From an uncultured Gammaproteobacteria bacterium (GTDB taxonomy: Bacteria; Patescibacteriota; Patescibacteriia; UBA10025; JAHIVO01), in the NCBI GenBank assembly GCA_964628855.1, contig CAZVMV010000001.1, positions 11,813-75,812 of the forward strand: a stretch of 64,000 nucleotides of DNA, in the 5' to 3' direction. Below are positions 35,794 to 46,100 of this stretch, piece after piece. Position numbers and translations under genes: made by a program. The stretch's first letter is position 1. Each line of letters begins with the position of its first letter. The notes under the pieces are model-generated. The model was not told the DNA's origin, ran no database searches, and saw only the letters and a program-made list of their open reading frames with translations.

Positions 35794-35938
35794 ACTTTTT
35801 ATTCCTTTTAAATTATTGATTATTGTTAATGGGTGGTGTTGGGGTTATCGCGGCCCGTATCGTTTACGGTATGGTTTGCGACTTTAACACTACCGCTAAC
35901 TTTACCTATACGGGCAGCTATACCGCCAACGCTTACAA

Positions 35939-36286
35939 TTATTGAATCGTCCCTAAGAAATTGTCAGTCTTTTCCATATCTTCATGCAACTGGAGTACTT
36001 CCTCCGCTTTGACAGTCGGTGCGTCCTGGAAACGCATCACTTCGTCCTGTTCCAGGTCGGTGAGCGTACTGGCCACCTTCACCCCGAACGAACCAAGGGC
36101 GATGATGGACAGGGCGGCCGAGTCGCATACTGAGCATTTGATGTACATGAGCGAAGCGCCTTCTTCCTCCTGGATCACTTCCAGCTTGCCGAAATCGTAC
36201 AGGCTGCCGCAGACCGGGCATTTGGCCTCGATCTTGATGCGTTCTGGCTTGCCGAATTTTCCTGGAAAACTTGGGATTGCGTTCAT
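35939..36286 (-). CDS. zinc-ribbon hypothetical protein
   Basis: 115 aa with CPVCG...CSVCD (two CxxC pairs). It lies between hsp20 and dnaK on the same strand. Confidence 0.55.
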   Translation of the reverse strand: MNAIPSFPGKFGKPERIKIEAKCPVCGSLYDFGKLEVIQEEEGASLMYIKCSVCDSAALSIIALGSFGVKVASTLTDLEQDEVMRFQDAPTVKAEEVLQLHEDMEKTDNFLGTIQ

Positions 36287-36384
36287 ATGTATAAATGTTG
36301 ATAGTTGGTTACCAAGGCCAGGATGCGAAACGTGTCGTGGCCTAGCCTTGGCCGGCTAGTTACCTAGCCGAACCAATATGTAAG

Positions 36385-36816
36385 TTATTTCTTGCCTTTT
36401 TTCACTGCGACCTTGATGGTCTTCGGTTTCACCTCTTCCGCTTTCGGGATGATGACTTTCAGCATGCCGTTTTCGAATGAGGCATTGGCCTTGTCCGACT
36501 TCACGTGGGTCGGCAGGGCTACTGCCCGGTAAAAGCTTCCGTAACGGACCTCTTTGCGGTAGTAGTTCTGCTCGTCCACTTCGGACCGGTGCTCTGATTT
36601 GCCCTCGATCTTGAGGACGTCGTTCTCCACCGAGACGTTGACCTTTTCTGGGTCCACGCCAGCCAACGGAGTTTCCACGATGACGTTATCCTTGTCCTGG
36701 TAAACGTCCACCGCGGGGGTGAAATTGGCCATCTGGGCCGGGACACCAGGCATGTCCTCCAGGAACTTGTCGGTGTCAAAAGGGTCCCACATCGGCCGCC
36801 ATCTGATTATTGCCAT
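36385..36816 (-). CDS. Hsp20/alpha-crystallin small heat-shock protein
   Basis: ORF 36385..36915, trimmed to MAIIRWRPMWDPF at 36816 (SD CGAAGGAGACAACAAT-ATG). Alpha-crystallin core ...VDVYQDKDNVIVETPLAGV...ASFENGMLKVIIPK. Confidence 0.9.
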   Translation of the reverse strand: MAIIRWRPMWDPFDTDKFLEDMPGVPAQMANFTPAVDVYQDKDNVIVETPLAGVDPEKVNVSVENDVLKIEGKSEHRSEVDEQNYYRKEVRYGSFYRAVALPTHVKSDKANASFENGMLKVIIPKAEEVKPKTIKVAVKKGKK

Positions 36817-36975
36817 ATTGTTGTCTCCTTCGTTAATTATTATTTTATTGTCATTTCGACCGACCGCGTCAGTAGACGCGGGAGCGGAGAAATCCTTATG
36901 ACGATTGGGGGTCAATACCGAGCGTCATGAGGGTCTCTCCACTCCGGTCGAGGCGACAATGGTTTTATTATTAAG

Positions 36976-37491
36976 TTACTCCGCCACCTTCACCTTCGCA
37001 TGCTCCAGCACTTTGTCATACAGTTTGTAGCCACCTTTTATTTCAGCGATGACCGTACCGCTCTCCTTACCCTCGGCTTTTTCCTTTGCCACAGCCTCAT
37101 GTAATTCAGGATCGAATTTTTCACCCACGGTCGATATCTCCTCGATGTTCATGCTTTTTAAAAGTCCCTTGAACTGGTTTTTGATATGCTCGATGCCTTT
37201 CAGCCACTCGTCGTTTTTCCGGTGCTCCTCGGGGATATGCTGCCAGGCCAGTTTGAAATTGTCGTAGATCGGCAGCATCTCCAGGATCAATGCGGCATTC
37301 GCGTACTGCACCATCTGTTGCGCCTCCTTCTCGTGGTCCTTTTTCAAATTGATGTAATCCGCCTTTGCCCGCTTCCAGCCGTTCAGGTATTCGTCCGCCT
37401 TCTTCTTCATCAATTCCAGCTCATCCATGGGTTTGCTGGACTGCACAATATCATCGGATTTCACGTTCACGTCCTTTTGTTCGTCAGTCAT
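36976..37491 (-). CDS. grpE: nucleotide exchange factor GrpE
   Basis: 171 aa. Coiled-coil N-terminus and GrpE core ...RAKADYINLKK...LLPIYDNF...GYKLYDKVLEHAKVKV. Confidence 0.9.
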   Translation of the reverse strand: MTDEQKDVNVKSDDIVQSSKPMDELELMKKKADEYLNGWKRAKADYINLKKDHEKEAQQMVQYANAALILEMLPIYDNFKLAWQHIPEEHRKNDEWLKGIEHIKNQFKGLLKSMNIEEISTVGEKFDPELHEAVAKEKAEGKESGTVIAEIKGGYKLYDKVLEHAKVKVAE

Positions 37492-37492
37492 A

Positions 37493-38209
37493 TTATGCTG
37501 TTCCCGTTTTTTTACTGATTATGTTGTTAACGTATTTCACTAAGGCGATATTATTCTCATAGTCCATGCGCATCGGCCCGAGGATACCGAACATCCCTTC
37601 GCCATCGCCGTTCTTGTAACGGCTGATGATAGTGCTGCATTCGATGCCGAACGGGTTGTCCTTGCCGATCAGAACCTGCGTACCCTGGAAATCCTCGTCA
37701 AACAGTTTGTTGATCACTTCATCGAGATGGTCCACCACTTCTGATATATGCCTGACTAAATCAACTTTCTCGAATTCCGGATGACGGAACAATTGAGACA
37801 AGCCGGTGTAGTAGAAATTATCCTTGGTGAAGCCGACAAACACCGCGTCGCGGGACAAATCCGCCAGGTTCTTGGCTACGTTTTTTACCGCGCCCTCGTA
37901 TGTCATGCCATGCGCCTGCAAAGCCTTGTCTAACACTCCCTGCTGCTGAGGTGTCAGGCTGATATCCTTCATGTAATTGTCTATATAGAACCTCCAGCCT
38001 TTTTCCGTGGGGATGCGACCGGCTGAAGTATGCGGCTGGTATATAAACCCTTCCTTTTCCAGGTCCACCATTTCATTGCGAATAGTGGCCGGGGAGACCT
38101 TAAATTGGTACTTATCCACAATAGCCTTGGATCCCACAGAATCCGCGGTTTGGACATGCTCCTTGATTATGGCGCTAAGTAAAGCGCTTTTTCGCTGTTC
38201 CAGTTTCAT
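37493..38209 (-). CDS. hrcA: heat-inducible transcription repressor HrcA (short form)
   Basis: ORF trimmed to MKLEQRKSALLSAIIKEHV at 38209. wHTH N-terminus ...VGSKAIV...SPATIRNEMVDLEKEGFI. A perfect CIRCE lies 22 nt upstream. 238 aa, shorter than typical HrcA. Confidence 0.85.
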   Translation of the reverse strand: MKLEQRKSALLSAIIKEHVQTADSVGSKAIVDKYQFKVSPATIRNEMVDLEKEGFIYQPHTSAGRIPTEKGWRFYIDNYMKDISLTPQQQGVLDKALQAHGMTYEGAVKNVAKNLADLSRDAVFVGFTKDNFYYTGLSQLFRHPEFEKVDLVRHISEVVDHLDEVINKLFDEDFQGTQVLIGKDNPFGIECSTIISRYKNGDGEGMFGILGPMRMDYENNIALVKYVNNIISKKTGTA

Positions 38210-38230
38210 ACAATATCCATTATAAATCAA

Positions 38231-38257
38231 TTAGCACTCTCAGGTCAAGAGTGCTAA
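38231..38257. promoter_or_regulatory. CIRCE operator (HrcA binding site)
   Basis: TTAGCACTC-TCAGGTCAA-GAGTGCTAA is a perfect match to the TTAGCACTC-N9-GAGTGCTAA consensus. A minus-strand TATAAT abuts it at 38257-38262. Confidence 0.95.
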
Positions 38258-38413
38258 TTATATAATTCGATTAAAGTTATCCCCTGCTACTCGCCGCAGC
38301 CGCAGTTACCGCCGCAGGGGCAATCCGGACCGCCATGTAAATATATGTTCATTTATTTAATGTAAATGGTTAGTGTTTAAAAGATACACTACTCCGCGGC
38401 CAAATGCAAAAAA

Positions 38414-38845
38414 TTACTTTTCATACGGGAATACCACCCACTGTTTCAATATCCTGACGGAATAATCCGGCTTTAATTCACTGTCGGGTTTTTCATAGAC
38501 AACGGCAGTCTTGACCGTACGAACTTTTTTTATTTTTAAAAGTCTCCTCTTGACCTCCATCATGGTCGCACCGGAATCAACCAGATCATCAACTAATAAA
38601 ACGGTGCCGGCAATGGGCGCTGTCGAGGTGAACGCGCCAACCGTTAGTTTGCCGCGCTTTTTTCCTTTATAACTCTTTGCTGATATGACGGCTAATGGTT
38701 TTTTTAAAATATGTGACAGCAAACAGCCAGCTACCACGCCGCCGCGGCTGATAGCGACAATACTGCCGATAGGCTTACGTATTTTTTTCGCCAGCAGTCT
38801 GATGTCGCGGTCAAATGCCGCCCAGCTGAAATTGCTTTTTTTCAT
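38414..38845 (-). CDS. purine phosphoribosyltransferase family protein
   Basis: ORF trimmed to MKKSNFSW at 38845 (ATGA overlap with the upstream gene). PRPP-binding motif VLLVDDLVDSGATM. Confidence 0.8.
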   Translation of the reverse strand: MKKSNFSWAAFDRDIRLLAKKIRKPIGSIVAISRGGVVAGCLLSHILKKPLAVISAKSYKGKKRGKLTVGAFTSTAPIAGTVLLVDDLVDSGATMMEVKRRLLKIKKVRTVKTAVVYEKPDSELKPDYSVRILKQWVVFPYEK

Positions 38846-39210
38846 TGGTTGACGTTTGTAGCCTGGCACAGAAGTTTCTCGCAGTGGTCAAATCCCGCTT
38901 TGGTGCAATCACACTGAAGCGCTGGCGTCTTGCCGCAGCGCAACTCATGTTCATAGTCGCTCACGCAGGTACATTTATCGACCGGGACGCAATCACGTCG
39001 GCCGTAGCAGGTCGTGAACGTCTTGATCTCGCCGCAGGTGACCTGTGCGGCTTCCTGTGCGCGGTTAAACATGCCTTCGTCTTTTATGAAAACAAAATAG
39101 ACCAGCGCCGCGCTGGCGGCCACGAGGATGACAAACACGACAGACCACATGAATACGCGCTGTTTCATTATTGACAGGTCATCGTGGGGATTTTTTTGTG
39201 GAGTGACCAT
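38842..39210 (-). CDS. membrane-anchored Cys-rich extracytoplasmic protein
   Basis: 122 aa. One TM helix, then 10 Cys in about 75 residues. Confidence 0.55.
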   Translation of the reverse strand: MVTPQKNPHDDLSIMKQRVFMWSVVFVILVAASAALVYFVFIKDEGMFNRAQEAAQVTCGEIKTFTTCYGRRDCVPVDKCTCVSDYEHELRCGKTPALQCDCTKAGFDHCEKLLCQATNVNQ

Positions 39211-39211
39211 A

Positions 39212-40081
39212 TTATTTGTTTACGGTAAAGGTTTTTTCCACGGTTTGTAGGGCTGAAACTTTTGAAAGTATGTCGGCATTCTTGGTCTCGTCGCTGTTGG
39301 CGCAGGAGCCCTTGATTTCCTTCTCCACGTCAGCGCAGTCATATAAGGAGAAAACAACTTTATATTCGCCCTCGATAGAGAACTTGGGTTCATATGAAAA
39401 AACGCCATTGTCATAACCGGAAGCGATGGCCACTTCCTTGGCAAAAGACGAAGTTACTGGATCAGGGAACCTCATGTCAGTGGTGTACCAGGCTTTGCCA
39501 TTGATGAACACCTGCCACAGGAGCATGATATGCCGGGTACTGGAGTTCGTGTTCGCAATATGGCAGCGCCCCAAGCCCATCTTCGAACCGTCAGAACCAG
39601 GCGCAGCTCCGGTGCCATCACCGACTTTGAACGTGCCGGAAGCCAACGTGCAATCCAGGACAAAATCATCGCGGGTGGCGCTGGCATTCACGTCCACCAA
39701 TTGCGCCCCGTCTTTTTCCCCCCTGATACACACTGCCTCGCAGTCTGCCAGTGAAACAAAAGGCGGCTGTGTGCAGACTGCCCCGCCGGAAAACTCCTGG
39801 CATGATTTCGAAACAGTATCGAAATAGAAACCGCCAAAACTGTAATTGGCGCACACACCCGGTTTCCAATTCTGGCACCTCGGGTCATCCAGACCTTTTG
39901 GCTCAATGGTAGCGGGAGATTTCAGAAAAATGAAATAAACGGCTATCCCGAGACCGATAATGATGATACTGCCCAATCCAATCCAAAATTGCATCTTGAC
40001 CTTCCTGATGGCGGCCAGCATGTCATTAGGCTGGTTTGGGATGTCTTTTTTTGTTTCAACCGGCTTTTTTTGTTCGGCCAT
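39212..40081 (-). CDS. membrane-anchored extracytoplasmic protein, hypothetical
   Basis: 289 aa. An N-terminal TM helix after a charged leader, and several Cys residues. Confidence 0.55.
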   Translation of the reverse strand: MAEQKKPVETKKDIPNQPNDMLAAIRKVKMQFWIGLGSIIIIGLGIAVYFIFLKSPATIEPKGLDDPRCQNWKPGVCANYSFGGFYFDTVSKSCQEFSGGAVCTQPPFVSLADCEAVCIRGEKDGAQLVDVNASATRDDFVLDCTLASGTFKVGDGTGAAPGSDGSKMGLGRCHIANTNSSTRHIMLLWQVFINGKAWYTTDMRFPDPVTSSFAKEVAIASGYDNGVFSYEPKFSIEGEYKVVFSLYDCADVEKEIKGSCANSDETKNADILSKVSALQTVEKTFTVNK

Positions 40082-40111
40082 ATATCCTCCTTACGTAAAA
40101 ATTATTTACTT

Positions 40112-41158
40112 TTATGTTACATGCGGCTCCGAAGCCACGGCATCTCCGTTTGTTTGAGCAGGACCTTTACTGAACAACGTTTGCCCGATTTTAATGCCAA
40201 AATGTGACAGAAAAAGGAGGCCAATCATCACTTTTAAAAAATCTATGGATCTGAAAATTAAACTGAACGCCACGCCGCTCTCGGGCGAATAGCCGATCAT
40301 GGAAAAAATCAACGCTTCGCCGGTTTCGGTGCTACCTAGCGAACCGGGGATCGGTAGGAGAAACGTCACGACCGTCAGGGTAGAAACCAGAATGACGTCC
40401 AATAAAGTGGCCGGCAACCCGAGAAAAATCATAATCATCCACATGGCCGTCAGAGTGATTAGGCCGCCAAGCACAGACAGGCCGAGACCTTTGTACAACG
40501 TGCGATGGTCATGCCGGAAAAACCTGATAACAATAAGTTCGAACTCCCCTATTTTGTCCATCACTTTCGCGATGAATGACAAACGATGCAGCTGGAGGAA
40601 CCTGATGATGCTGCCGAAAAAATCACGCGATCTCAGCGTGCGGTAATAAAAAAATACGATTAAAAATATGAAAAGCAAGCTGATAAATAGCAGACCGGCG
40701 ATCAGACGCCAGGACAGGCTGAATTTTATCAGCACGTAAAAAATCGAGAAAAGGAGAAACGGCAATGCGTAGCTGAAATCCATCATCTTATCAATTATGA
40801 CCGAGGCTAGACCCTCGGAAAAAGGCACGCGGGTATCTTTTTTCAGGACCATCGCCCTGATCGCCTCGCCTCCAACGTTTGGCGACGGGGTGATATAATC
40901 CACCGAAAATCCCACAATTTTGGCTGAAAAAATCTGGGCCAATGTAACGGCATGGCCTTGGCTACGTAATATCAGATACCAGCGGTACTGGGTAACGAAA
41001 AAAGACAAGGCATATAAAATGAAGATGACAAACCATTTGGCTATAGAAAAATCCACAATTGTCCGCCAGATGCTCGGCAAGCCAACTTTCAGCACTACCC
41101 CGATAAAGAGGATAATACCGACAAAGGCCGAAACGACGAAAAAAATTATTTTCTTCAT
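40112..41158 (-). CDS. flippase-like / lysylphosphatidylglycerol-synthase TM-region family protein (UPF0104)
   Basis: 348 aa polytopic protein. The N-terminus and the R.Y.W..ILR pattern are typical of the family. Confidence 0.55.
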   Translation of the reverse strand: MKKIIFFVVSAFVGIILFIGVVLKVGLPSIWRTIVDFSIAKWFVIFILYALSFFVTQYRWYLILRSQGHAVTLAQIFSAKIVGFSVDYITPSPNVGGEAIRAMVLKKDTRVPFSEGLASVIIDKMMDFSYALPFLLFSIFYVLIKFSLSWRLIAGLLFISLLFIFLIVFFYYRTLRSRDFFGSIIRFLQLHRLSFIAKVMDKIGEFELIVIRFFRHDHRTLYKGLGLSVLGGLITLTAMWMIMIFLGLPATLLDVILVSTLTVVTFLLPIPGSLGSTETGEALIFSMIGYSPESGVAFSLIFRSIDFLKVMIGLLFLSHFGIKIGQTLFSKGPAQTNGDAVASEPHVT

Positions 41159-41232
41159 GGCGCCTTATTAAAAGAAACCTAACAAAAAAGAGGTATCCTG
41201 CCCCTCTAGTATACTCAAATCGCTGTTTTTTT

Positions 41233-42024
41233 TCAATCATTCGGCCAGACCACGATCATGGCTTTTTGGCCGTTATTGACGTCTCCGCCGTTCCAGTCGT
41301 GAATTGCACCCATTATGACTTCTGGGGAATATTGATACCCCTCGCCTTTCCTGGTCCCGGGGTCATTGGTGATGATCATATCCTTTGTCCAGCCGCGGAT
41401 TACGATCATGTGGTACAGGGGACCCGGTGACTTGAAATTGGGATTTCCCAGCATCCGTCCGGCCGTCGGCACGATGACCGGCCGGCCTTGGGTAATTTCT
41501 TTTTTTATGTCTTCCAGAGTGATGTCATATTTCACCTCAACTTTTTTGTAGCCCCAAAGCCCGCGAATGAAATCGGCCGTCTCGGCAGCGGTCGTATCCT
41601 TATAAAACCCCAGGTTGGCGTTTTCATAATCAACGATGGTCTGCAACTCCTCATTTGCAGTTTCCGGCGTAAAAGTTTTTTTCTGCCAGTAATAATGCAC
41701 GATCAGGGCGGCCGCCTCCTCGCAGGATTCCTCGTGCTGTTCGTCCCAATTGGTGAGAGGCGCCTGGGTAGTGAATGGCACGGCCAAATTCAGTTCAGGC
41801 GGTATGACAACGGGTGGGACCGTATTGACGTTTTGGTTCACCACCAGATTCGCATTGGCGGTAATGCGTTTGTTGATGATCTGGTCGTAGGTCATCGGCT
41901 CTGGCGCCGGCTCCGTGATCCAGTCATGCCAAATCGTCTCTATCCGGTGCCGTCCCAAAAATCCGAGTCCGGCCACGATCAGGATGATCAGGGAAATATT
42001 CAGTAATAATAATTTTGTCTTCAT
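41233..42024 (-). CDS. C39-like cysteine peptidase domain protein, membrane anchored
   Basis: 263 aa. TM anchor, then VPFTTQAPLTNWDEQHEESCEEAAALIV (catalytic Cys context), ...IVIRGW. Confidence 0.55.
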   Translation of the reverse strand: MKTKLLLLNISLIILIVAGLGFLGRHRIETIWHDWITEPAPEPMTYDQIINKRITANANLVVNQNVNTVPPVVIPPELNLAVPFTTQAPLTNWDEQHEESCEEAAALIVHYYWQKKTFTPETANEELQTIVDYENANLGFYKDTTAAETADFIRGLWGYKKVEVKYDITLEDIKKEITQGRPVIVPTAGRMLGNPNFKSPGPLYHMIVIRGWTKDMIITNDPGTRKGEGYQYSPEVIMGAIHDWNGGDVNNGQKAMIVVWPND

Positions 42025-42124
42025 ATCATTAGCGAAACATCATACCCCATCAGAAACTTTCCGTCAAGGCGCTGACAACGTATGATAAACCTGCTCCGTA
42101 CTTTTTTATGGTACCCAGTATAAA

Positions 42125-43081
42125 TTACAGCCAATCTTTTTTCTTGAAATACGCCGCCAATAAACTCATGGATACCACCATCAGGACCAGCGATAAATAA
42201 AATCCCGACGGGGAATCAAGTGCCGGTATGTGGCGGAAATTCTGGCCGAAAATCCCGGCGATCAAACTGGGGACCAATATCAGGGCGCCCCAGGATGTTA
42301 CTTTTTTCATGATCACGTTTAGATTGTTGGAAATGGCGGTCAGGTGTATTTCGATGGCCGAAGTCAGGATATCCCGGTAGGTCGTGATCATTTCCGAAAG
42401 CTGGGTCGTATCCATCGACATGTCCCTCAGCTGGTCCATCGCCGAGACGCTCAGATGGTTCCCAAACTCCTTTTGGAGCGAAAAAGTGAGTTCCCTGTTG
42501 GCCACCAGGCCCTTATGGGCATAGATCAGGCTCTTCTTCACTGCCATAGTGTCACGCATAACCAGATTGCTATGCTTGTAATCAAACATCCTTTTTTCAA
42601 CATTCTCGATCTTGTCGCTGAGCGTGTCCGCGGCGGTAAAAAATTCGTCCGTCGCTTCGGCGCATAAATACACCAGCAATTCCGTCATTCCGGCACGCAT
42701 TATTCTTTTGAGTTCGTCCGGCTCGTATGCCGCCACCTTGGTTACGGCACTGCATGGGCCACGGTGTATTGTGATCAAGGATTTTCGCGATTCCGGCAAG
42801 AGAATGATGAGCGGCTGGGTTTCGAATATGTCGTCCTTTGCCAAAACCGTGGTGAATGCCACGATCACAAACTTGCCCAAACGGTAAAGCATGGGTCTCT
42901 GTGACGGGCGTATTAATTCGGTAATCTCGTTTCCGCTGAGACCGACCATGTCCGTCAGGATAGCCAACTCCGCATTGGTGGGCGCAGTAAAATCCGCCCA
43001 GCTGAATTTCCCGGCCTTCAAATCGTTCAGGCTGGTTTCTTTGGTGCCCGTCTTGTCTACCGTCAAAATTTTATTGGCCAT
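42125..43081 (-). CDS. CorA-like divalent cation transporter family protein (GQN variant)
   Basis: 318 aa. C-terminal ...IAGIFGQNFRHIPAL... followed by a second TM helix and KKKDWL. Confidence 0.7.
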   Translation of the reverse strand: MANKILTVDKTGTKETSLNDLKAGKFSWADFTAPTNAELAILTDMVGLSGNEITELIRPSQRPMLYRLGKFVIVAFTTVLAKDDIFETQPLIILLPESRKSLITIHRGPCSAVTKVAAYEPDELKRIMRAGMTELLVYLCAEATDEFFTAADTLSDKIENVEKRMFDYKHSNLVMRDTMAVKKSLIYAHKGLVANRELTFSLQKEFGNHLSVSAMDQLRDMSMDTTQLSEMITTYRDILTSAIEIHLTAISNNLNVIMKKVTSWGALILVPSLIAGIFGQNFRHIPALDSPSGFYLSLVLMVVSMSLLAAYFKKKDWL

Positions 43082-43110
43082 ATTGATATAGTATAGCGCT
43101 ATTGAAATTA

Positions 43111-46100
43111 TTATTCCATCTGTCTGGCGACGTACACATTGTTAGTGATGTCGTAACTATTAAAAGCAAACCGTTCGGACAGGCTGGTCGGTGCCCTGTC
43201 CTGTTTATAACGCGACTCGATATGGCGATTGGTCATGGCATAGTTACTCATCGCCCCGGCAGTCCCCGGTAAAATAATTTTTTTGATGCCCCGCCGTTGA
43301 GCCACAACCTGCATCTGATCGATAAATTTTTCGATAAATTTCGGCATGTCATATTTGCTTTCATTCGGCACATCGAAACCGCGGACCAGCAGCGCATTTT
43401 CCCCCTGCGCATCCTTCACCTCAAACATCAGTACCGAACCGATGAACTCCGCCTCGCCAGTCACTGCATCACGGGCGACGAATTTGAAAGGAACTACGTT
43501 TGGAAAACGTTCTAGCATGTTTTTCTCTGCCGTATAGCAAACGTCGGCCAGGTACCCCGACAATTCTCCCACTAAGCCACGATCAGGGATGACTTCTATC
43601 TTTTGGGCACTACCCTGTTCGATAACCTTGAAATTAGCCGACGCTTCACGCAGCGCGCTTATATTCGGCTCAAAAACTTTTGCCAGATTTACATGCTTGC
43701 TGCTCTTACGTCCTCGGTTTATCTTTTCCCACGTCTCATCCGACCAGTAATGCTCCTCGTTTTTTCGGTTCACGTTGAGCAAGTGGTCTTTTATGAAATC
43801 GTCATGCAGGGTAAGTATCCGCAATACGCCGTCCACGGACATCCCGTTGCGCAGTGTGGCGGACAGCTGGTCAGCCTGGACCACTGAATAGTTCTTTTCC
43901 AATAGACGCTGGAGCAGCGCCTGTCGCATGACCGGCAGGAGCTCCATCTTTTTTGCGGAATTCAGCTCAACATCCAATAAAGTACCAAGTAACGAATCCA
44001 AGTTTTGGCTGGACCCAAGCCTGACGCCAATATCCTGCAGCTGAGACATCCGCTGCCTGACGAACTGGTTATCCCCCTTCTGTTGAATGGCCTGTTCTAG
44101 TGAAGCCAGTTCCTTTTCAATGCCAGCCTTCGCCTGTTCACGTAAACCTTCGAGATTGCCCGGCCGATCCAATACCCCCAGGATTTCCGCCCGTAAAACG
44201 TCAAAATCGCCTTTTATTTTTTCCTCCTCCATCTGGACCTCCACATTCTGGAGATTCAGCATAAAAGGCTCATATCCCTCTGGCAATGGGGCGATCCGCC
44301 CACCATCTCTCGCGTCTTTGAAATCAGCGATGATATTCTCCATCGACGGCCTGCCGGCGTCAAAACGGTGGGTGCTTTTCCCGCTGACCGAGCTGAGCAG
44401 CTCTATTTCAAAAGGGCTCAGGTCTCCGATATCCTCGATCGGGGTTCGGCTGAACACCCTTTCCCGCATCATCCGGTAACGATCAAGCATTTCCTGTTCA
44501 GAAGTGATGCCACTTGCAACCAAGTATTCCGGCAGGGGCTGGCCGGTTGATTCGTGGATTTTGAATTGTTTGAAATAATTGTACAAAATTCCGGTCTGGG
44601 ATAGGCCGAATTTTTTTACATAAGCCGTCAGGACGGGCCATTCTTCCTGACCAAATGCAAAGGAAGAATCCTTTGAACCGGCAATATTCTGCAGGAATTG
44701 CGATGTACGGTCATATTCATTATGGGTAAAGGCATTGCGTTTCTCATCGGTTGACTTAGGCAGGGCGTCCAGAAACAATCCGACAGTCTTTTCTCCGAAA
44801 AGGCGGACTATCAGCTGACGGTCAGCCTGCCGGAAAAATTCGGCCGGGCTTCTTTGTCCGGCCTGCCGCAACTGCTCAAAGACACTGCCACGAAAATCAT
44901 CAAACATTGTCTTTGTTTCCACTCGCGTTCCCGTTTCACCGGTGCCCGATTCTGCCTGATCGACAAATGATGTCCTTAATGCATGGAGATAATCGTACAA
45001 TTTGATAACCTCCAGCAGCTGCCTTCCGTCTACTGCCTGTTCGCGGCACGCACGCAAAGCACTATTGAAAAATAATTTTCCGTTGGGAATTCTTTGGAGC
45101 TGAATCATTTCCTCTATCAAATCCGCCCGCAACTCTGACGTATCTGCCAGGCTGCCCTTGGACACGATTGCCTCCATTGTTCGAAGCGATTCGGCATCAG
45201 CGCCAAAACGGTCGCGCGCTAAAAGCATTAGCGCCCCATCCTGGCCCCGCTCGCCTTGATTCGCCATTGAATTGATTAAAACGCGGTCACGTTCACTGAG
45301 TGAATAGCTTGAATTCTCTGCCTCTTTTGTAATAAAAGCCAAATCGACCTCGTTCTGCGATAAACCTCCGGCTTCGGCAAGTTGTTTGACCAGTTCTAGG
45401 CCAGACTCCGGAGACTCGGAAATCTTATTGTACACTGGTCGGATAAACCGCTGCAGATTATCCCTAAATAATTGCGTCCTGCTTAATCCGCAAATCTCGG
45501 CCACCTTCGGCAGGGCCGTGATGAAATCTTCCGGATATTCTGCCTGCCGGTCAGACGGCCCCAGCTTCGCTTCGATCGCCTGCCAAATTTTGACCGGCGG
45601 GTCACCGGAAAATTTGGAAAACTCCTGGATAAACTCAGGTATGTCTGGACTGAAAATCAATAGCGATGATCCGCGGTTTACCAAATTATCAATGAAAATT
45701 GGCAGATATAAATTTGCATAATCAGCTGGTTTTCCGCCTGTTTCTGCAACTACTCGCTCAAGCACCTTCACGCCCTCTACAGGTGGGTACATGAAATCAC
45801 GCGTATAGAAACGCTTTACTCGCTCCTCTGTAGCCCCGGATTCGGATAATTGCTTTGCAAGTTCAGAATGAGGAACATAGGCATCGCCCATTCTGTAATG
45901 TTGTGACAACATCCAACTCCTCCCATTATTTTCCCCGACCGGGAATCGATTGAGGAATGATTGCGGGTCCCTAGCTTCCATGACAAGCTTTTTTGCGCCA
46001 TCAGGCAATAGTGGCAAAACTCTTTCCACGTCCCCTGGCCGTATAGTTCTGGCTAAATAATCGATCGCTTCCGCTGATACCTCGCGTTCATAATAACCGC

